Below, piece after piece: positions 60,438 through 64,000 of a stretch of 64,000 nt of DNA. The stretch comes from Candidatus Limnocylindrales bacterium (GTDB taxonomy: Bacteria; Chloroflexota; Limnocylindria; Limnocylindrales; CSP1-4), in contig DASUFO010000087.1 in the NCBI GenBank assembly GCA_036274475.1, positions 72,936-136,935 of the forward strand, given 5' to 3'. The notes beneath the pieces are model-generated. The model ran no database searches, was not told where the DNA came from, and was given only the letters and a program-made list of their open reading frames with translations. How positions within the stretch are numbered: position 1 is the first letter of the stretch; each line of letters opens with the position of its first letter. A program made the translations under genes and the position numbers.

Positions 60438-61574
60438 CTACTGCACCCGAAGGACCGTTTTCGCCTCCGACCAGTGCTTCTCGAGCGAGTAGTAGTCGCG
60501 CTCGGGCGGCGTGAAGATGTGGACGACGACCGCGCCGAAGTCGAGCAGGACCCAGTGCGAGCTGGCGGTCCCCTCCCGTCCGATCGGACGGACCTTCTCG
60601 TCGCGCATCCCCTCGATGACCCCGTCGGCGATCGCCGCGAGCTGCCGCTCCGAGCCACCGGAGCAGATCACGAACGCGTCGGCGAGCGTCGTGAGCCCGG
60701 TCAGGTCGAGCAGCACGATGTCGGCCGCCTTCTTGTCCTCGGCGAGCTCGACGATGCGGCGGGCGACCTCGAGGGGCGGGCGCTCCGATCGGGGCGCGGC
60801 CTTCCGGTGCGGCAGGCCGTCCCGGCGGGGCTGTTCGGTCGTCGTCGCGGCGGTTGTCGGCTCGGCGGGATCGGTCACGTGGTGTCCTCGTTTGCTGGCC
60901 GGACGTTCGTCCGGGCCCGGCTGTCGGTACAGATGATGCTCCTCGATGTAGCGGGCGACTGCTTGCGGGACGAGACCGTCGATCGGGAGGCCCGCTGCGA
61001 CCCGGCGCCGGATGTCGGTCGCCGACACGTCGACGTACGGGCCGTCGAGGAGGGCGATGCCACGGGCGAGCGTTCGAAGCTCGTCCGGCAGCGCCTCGGG
61101 TGACGGCGGGTCGTGACCCGGTCGCGGCGCGACGGCCACGTGCGCGAGCCGCAGGATTCGGTCGGGCTCGCGCCACGACGGCAGACCCGCGAACGCGTCG
61201 GCGGACAGGATCAGCGTCAGCTCGGCGGGTCCGCCCCCACCGTCGCCCGCCGCATCGAGCGCCTCCAGCGTGTCGACCGTCCACGACGGCCCCGCCCGAT
61301 CGAGCTCGATCCGGCTCGCGCGGAGGCCTGGCTCGCCGGCCACCGCGAGTTCGACCATCGCCATCCGATCGGCGGCTGGCGCCATCGCCACGCCTGCCTT
61401 GTGCGGCGGCCTCGCGGCGGGAATGACGAGCACCTCGTCGAGGTCGAGCTGGTCGCGGGCGGCGCGGGCGACCGCGAGATGCCCGACGTGGATCGGATCG
61501 AATGTCCCGCCCAGAACGCCGACGCGAGCCGTTCGAGTCGCCGTCAGAGGCCCTCCCACGGCTGCGCCTCCCAC
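60438..61574 (-). CDS. nadD: Fusion ORF: nicotinate-nucleotide adenylyltransferase (NadD) N-terminal domain plus ribosome silencing factor RsfS (iojap) C-terminal domain
   Basis: 378 aa with no internal stop. NadD: VGVLGGTFDPIHVGHL...PPHK...LILSADAF...VSATDIRRR. A ~50-aa Pro/Thr/Arg linker. RsfS: IVELAEDKKAADIVLLDL...ADAFVICSGGSERQLAAIAD...WVLLDFGAVVVHIFTPPERDYYSLEKHW. Confidence 0.85.
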   Translation of the reverse strand: MGGAAVGGPLTATRTARVGVLGGTFDPIHVGHLAVARAARDQLDLDEVLVIPAARPPHKAGVAMAPAADRMAMVELAVAGEPGLRASRIELDRAGPSWTVDTLEALDAAGDGGGGPAELTLILSADAFAGLPSWREPDRILRLAHVAVAPRPGHDPPSPEALPDELRTLARGIALLDGPYVDVSATDIRRRVAAGLPIDGLVPQAVARYIEEHHLYRQPGPDERPASKRGHHVTDPAEPTTAATTTEQPRRDGLPHRKAAPRSERPPLEVARRIVELAEDKKAADIVLLDLTGLTTLADAFVICSGGSERQLAAIADGVIEGMRDEKVRPIGREGTASSHWVLLDFGAVVVHIFTPPERDYYSLEKHWSEAKTVLRVQ

Positions 61575-62836
61575 TCCAGCTCGGTCGCGCCGATCCGGAC
61601 GAGGTCGCCCGGCCCGATGCCGGCCCGCCGGAGCTCTTCCTCGATCCCGAGGCGGGCCAGGTCGCGCTGGAACCGCTCCGCGGACTCCTCGACATCGAAG
61701 TTCGTCTGGGCGGCAATCCGCTCGATGCGCTTGCCGCGGACGCGGAATGCGCCGTCCTCGCGCTCGATGACGAAGCCATCCGACGATGGGTCGATCCGGT
61801 GCACGACGACGCCGGCGGGCTCCGGTGGCGCGTCGAGCTCGCCCGCCTCGGGCAGGAGGTCCGCGAGCTGCGCCCGCAGCTCGTCGATCCCCTCGCTCGT
61901 CGCCGCGGACACCGCGACGGCGGCCTGGCCGGCCGCGGCCATCGCGTCACGAAAGCCGGGCCAGGCAGCCCGGGCAGCGGCGAGGTCGATCTTGTTGAAG
62001 GCGACCACGAGGGGCTTCTCGAGCAGGGCCGGGTCGTGGGCTTCGAGCTCGTCCCGAATCACCTCGCGGTCCCAGCCGGGGTCGCGCGACGAACCGTCGA
62101 TCACGTGCACGAGGATCCGGGTCCGTTCGACGTGGCGCAGGAAGGCGTGACCGAGACCGGCCCCTGCGGAGGCGCCCTCGATGAGACCCGGTACGTCCGC
62201 GATCGTCGGGCGTCGATCGTCCTCGTCGCCGAGGTCCATGACGCCGAGGTTCGGCTCGAGCGTCGTGAACGGGTAGTCGGCGATCTTCGGCCGCGCGGCC
62301 GTGAGCGCGGCAAGGAGCGTGGACTTGCCGGCGTTCGGCAGCCCGACGAGGCCGATGTCGGCGATGAGACGGAGCTCGAGGCGAAGCCAGCGCTCTTCGC
62401 CGGGCTCGCCCTTCTGGGCGTGCTTCGGAGCCTGGTGGGTCGAGGTCGCGAAGTGCTTGTTCCCGAGGCCGCCACGCCCGCCGCGGGCGATCATCGCCGT
62501 CTGGCCGGTCATGACGAGGTCGGCGATCAGCCCGCCCGACTCGTCGTCGTACGCCGCCGTCCCGGGCGGGACGTCGAGGTAGAGGTCGTCGCCCGCGGCG
62601 CCGTGGCGTCGGTCGCCACCGCCGCGTCCACCCGGCCTCGCCCGGAAGTGGTGCTTGTAGCGGAAGTCGCGGAGCGTCGTCTGGCCGGCGTCGACCCGCA
62701 GATGGATGGAGCCGCCGCGGCCGCCGTCGCCGCCGTCGGGGCCGCCGCGCGGAACGTGGGCCTCGCGCCGGAACGTCGCCGCGCCATCACCGCCCGCGCC
62801 CGCTGACACCCAGATCTTGACGCGGTCGAGGAACAT
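61544..62836 (-). CDS. obg: GTPase Obg/CgtA
   Basis: 430 aa. MFLDRVKIWVSAGAGGDGAATFRRE, glycine-rich Obg fold, GLPNAGKSTLL, DVPGLIEGA, FNKIDL, C-terminal OCT-like domain. Confidence 0.97.
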   Translation of the reverse strand: MFLDRVKIWVSAGAGGDGAATFRREAHVPRGGPDGGDGGRGGSIHLRVDAGQTTLRDFRYKHHFRARPGGRGGGDRRHGAAGDDLYLDVPPGTAAYDDESGGLIADLVMTGQTAMIARGGRGGLGNKHFATSTHQAPKHAQKGEPGEERWLRLELRLIADIGLVGLPNAGKSTLLAALTAARPKIADYPFTTLEPNLGVMDLGDEDDRRPTIADVPGLIEGASAGAGLGHAFLRHVERTRILVHVIDGSSRDPGWDREVIRDELEAHDPALLEKPLVVAFNKIDLAAARAAWPGFRDAMAAAGQAAVAVSAATSEGIDELRAQLADLLPEAGELDAPPEPAGVVVHRIDPSSDGFVIEREDGAFRVRGKRIERIAAQTNFDVEESAERFQRDLARLGIEEELRRAGIGPGDLVRIGATELEWEAQPWEGL

Positions 62837-62896
62837 CGCGCGGATTCTGCCACGGGCAGTCGCGGACTCAGCCGCGACGTGCTGCGCCGGCTTCGC

Positions 62897-64000
62897 TCAG
62901 AGGTAGGCGAGCGGGTTGACGCGCGTCCCACCATTCCACACCGGGCCCTTCCAGACCTCGAAGTGGAGATGGGGACCGGTCGCGTTGCCGCTCTGGCCGA
63001 CCCGGCCGACGCTCTGGCCCCGGCCGACGCTCTGACCGCGCCCGACCGATACCGACGACATGTGGTTGTACGTCGTGTAGAGGTTCGAGCCGTGGCTGAT
63101 CCAGACCTGGTAGCCGCCGCCGTTGCTCTTCCAGCCGGCGAAGATCACCGTGCCCGATGCAGCCGCCTTGACGCGCGTGCCGTAGTCCGCGGCGATGTCG
63201 ATCGCGTAGTGGCCGTAGTGGTAGTACTGGCTGATGTAGCCACCGGCGACGGGCCAGCTGAACGCACCGCCCGAGTACCGGGCCGGCGGCCGCGACGACC
63301 CGCCGCTCGAGCTGCCACCCGAGGACTTCGTCGCCTTCGGCTTCGCCGGAGCGGGCGTCGGGGTCGGAATGGCGGCGCCCTTCGCGCCGGGGATCGTCAG
63401 CGTCTGGCCGATGACGAGGTTCGGGTCGTCGAGATTGTTCGCATCGATGATGTCTGACGCTGTCGTGGAATATTTCGCGGCGAGCGTCTCGAGGGTGTCG
63501 GCCGACGTGACGGTGACGACGACGCCGCTCACGGGCGGGATCGTGAGCGTCTGGCCGATGTGCAGATCGTCCTTGTGGCGGAGGTTGTTCGCCCACCACA
63601 CGGTCATCATCGACACGCCGAACTTGCGGGCGATTCCGGTGAGCGTGTCGCCGGCGCGGACCTTGTACGTCCGCATGAGGCCCTTGCCGTCAGAGACGGA
63701 GGTGTCGACCGCCACCGGCTTGAGCAGCGTGCCGTCTTCGAGCGTGCTGCCGTCCGCTGACGCGGCAGGCGCGGCCTCTGCGCCCGCGGCCGTGTCGCCC
63801 GTCCAGGCGTCGTCCGGATCGGCGGCGGTGTTGGCGATGACGCCAAGGCCGGCTGCCGAGTCATCCACCGAATCCTCGGGGCCACCCACGCCGCCGCTGA
63901 TCGACCCGGCAACGATCCGCGCGGTCTCGCCGCCGCCGCTGGTCGCGCCGACGGGTCCGGGCTGGGAAAGTGCGGGCGCGCTGCTGATCGCGGTGGCGAC
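62897..64000 (-). CDS. Secreted peptidoglycan hydrolase: two LysM domains plus M23 metallopeptidase. The N-terminus possibly lies beyond the right edge.
   Basis: LysM: YKVRAGDTLTGIARKFGVS...GQTLTIP and VTSADTLETLAAKYSTT...GQTLTIP. M23: HYAIDIAADYGTRVKAAASG...GNATGPHLHFEV. The reading frame stays open from 63889 to 64000, so the start is unresolved. Confidence 0.85.
   Translation of the reverse strand, partial: VATAISSAPALSQPGPVGATSGGGETARIVAGSISGGVGGPEDSVDDSAAGLGVIANTAADPDDAWTGDTAAGAEAAPAASADGSTLEDGTLLKPVAVDTSVSDGKGLMRTYKVRAGDTLTGIARKFGVSMMTVWWANNLRHKDDLHIGQTLTIPPVSGVVVTVTSADTLETLAAKYSTTASDIIDANNLDDPNLVIGQTLTIPGAKGAAIPTPTPAPAKPKATKSSGGSSSGGSSRPPARYSGGAFSWPVAGGYISQYYHYGHYAIDIAADYGTRVKAAASGTVIFAGWKSNGGGYQVWISHGSNLYTTYNHMSSVSVGRGQSVGRGQSVGRVGQSGNATGPHLHFEVWKGPVWNGGTRVNPLAYL

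Noticed and set aside
62990-63046. Three tandem ~18-nt units (gctctggcc..ggccgac) in the M23 peptidase gene, giving VGRGQS-VGRGQS-VGRVGQS; suspected in-frame duplication
   Set aside because: Aligned by eye with the canonical M23 segment (V.VG..V..GQ.IG.VG.TG..TGPHLHFE), the length is normal. The periodicity reflects the intrinsic internal similarity of that motif, not an extra insertion.

Overview
This is a very GC-rich bacterial chromosomal segment. Third codon positions are almost all G/C, so nearly every real gene is shadowed by long spurious antisense or off-frame ORFs in the supplied track. I re-derived starts by reading the sequence and trimmed many track ORFs. All family names come from motifs I recognise by eye, not from database searches.

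Most of the content is conserved housekeeping with Terrabacteria-type synteny (Firmicutes/Chloroflexi/Actinobacteria-like):
- lepA-[CPBP protease]-hemW-hrcA-grpE-dnaK on the minus strand, with a perfect CIRCE operator and a sigmaA-like promoter upstream of hrcA, and no dnaJ
- rpsT
- gap-pgk-eno, without tpiA or gpmI
- leuS
- comEA-comEC-holA
- obg followed by a single ORF fusing nadD and rsfS
- two stand-alone tRNA-Ala genes (CGC and GGC anticodons)

Less ordinary content:
- An operon of two paralogous lipoprotein solute-binding proteins plus a Cache/HAMP/PAS histidine kinase, truncated at the left edge.
- A roughly 1200-aa surface protein with a lamin-tail-like domain, a very long (Pro-Thr)n linker, three tandem OB-like modules and a C-terminal anchor.
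- A LexA-controlled imuA-imuB-(small W-rich protein)...dnaE2 mutagenesis cassette. It has two identical GAACAGATGTTC boxes, and dnaE2 carries a roughly 325-aa low-complexity insertion.
- A GcvT-like / PYROXD2-like FAD oxidoreductase gene pair.
- An ECF sigma factor operon whose second gene is a single-pass membrane protein with an extracytoplasmic solute-binding domain, followed by a PQQ/NHL beta-propeller lipoprotein.
- A three-blade lectin-like repeat protein.
- A CGNR zinc-finger gene divergent from a promoter-to-terminator mini-operon of two small proteins, separated by a repeated ATAACC-N18-GGTTACG motif.

I saw no CRISPR array, transposase, integrase, prophage or recognisable defence-system genes. 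I cannot point to a single clearly novel system. The best candidates for something undescribed are the ECF-SBP-propeller trio, the CGNR/small-protein locus, the dnaE2 insertion, the LTD/OB surface protein and the NadD-RsfS fusion.
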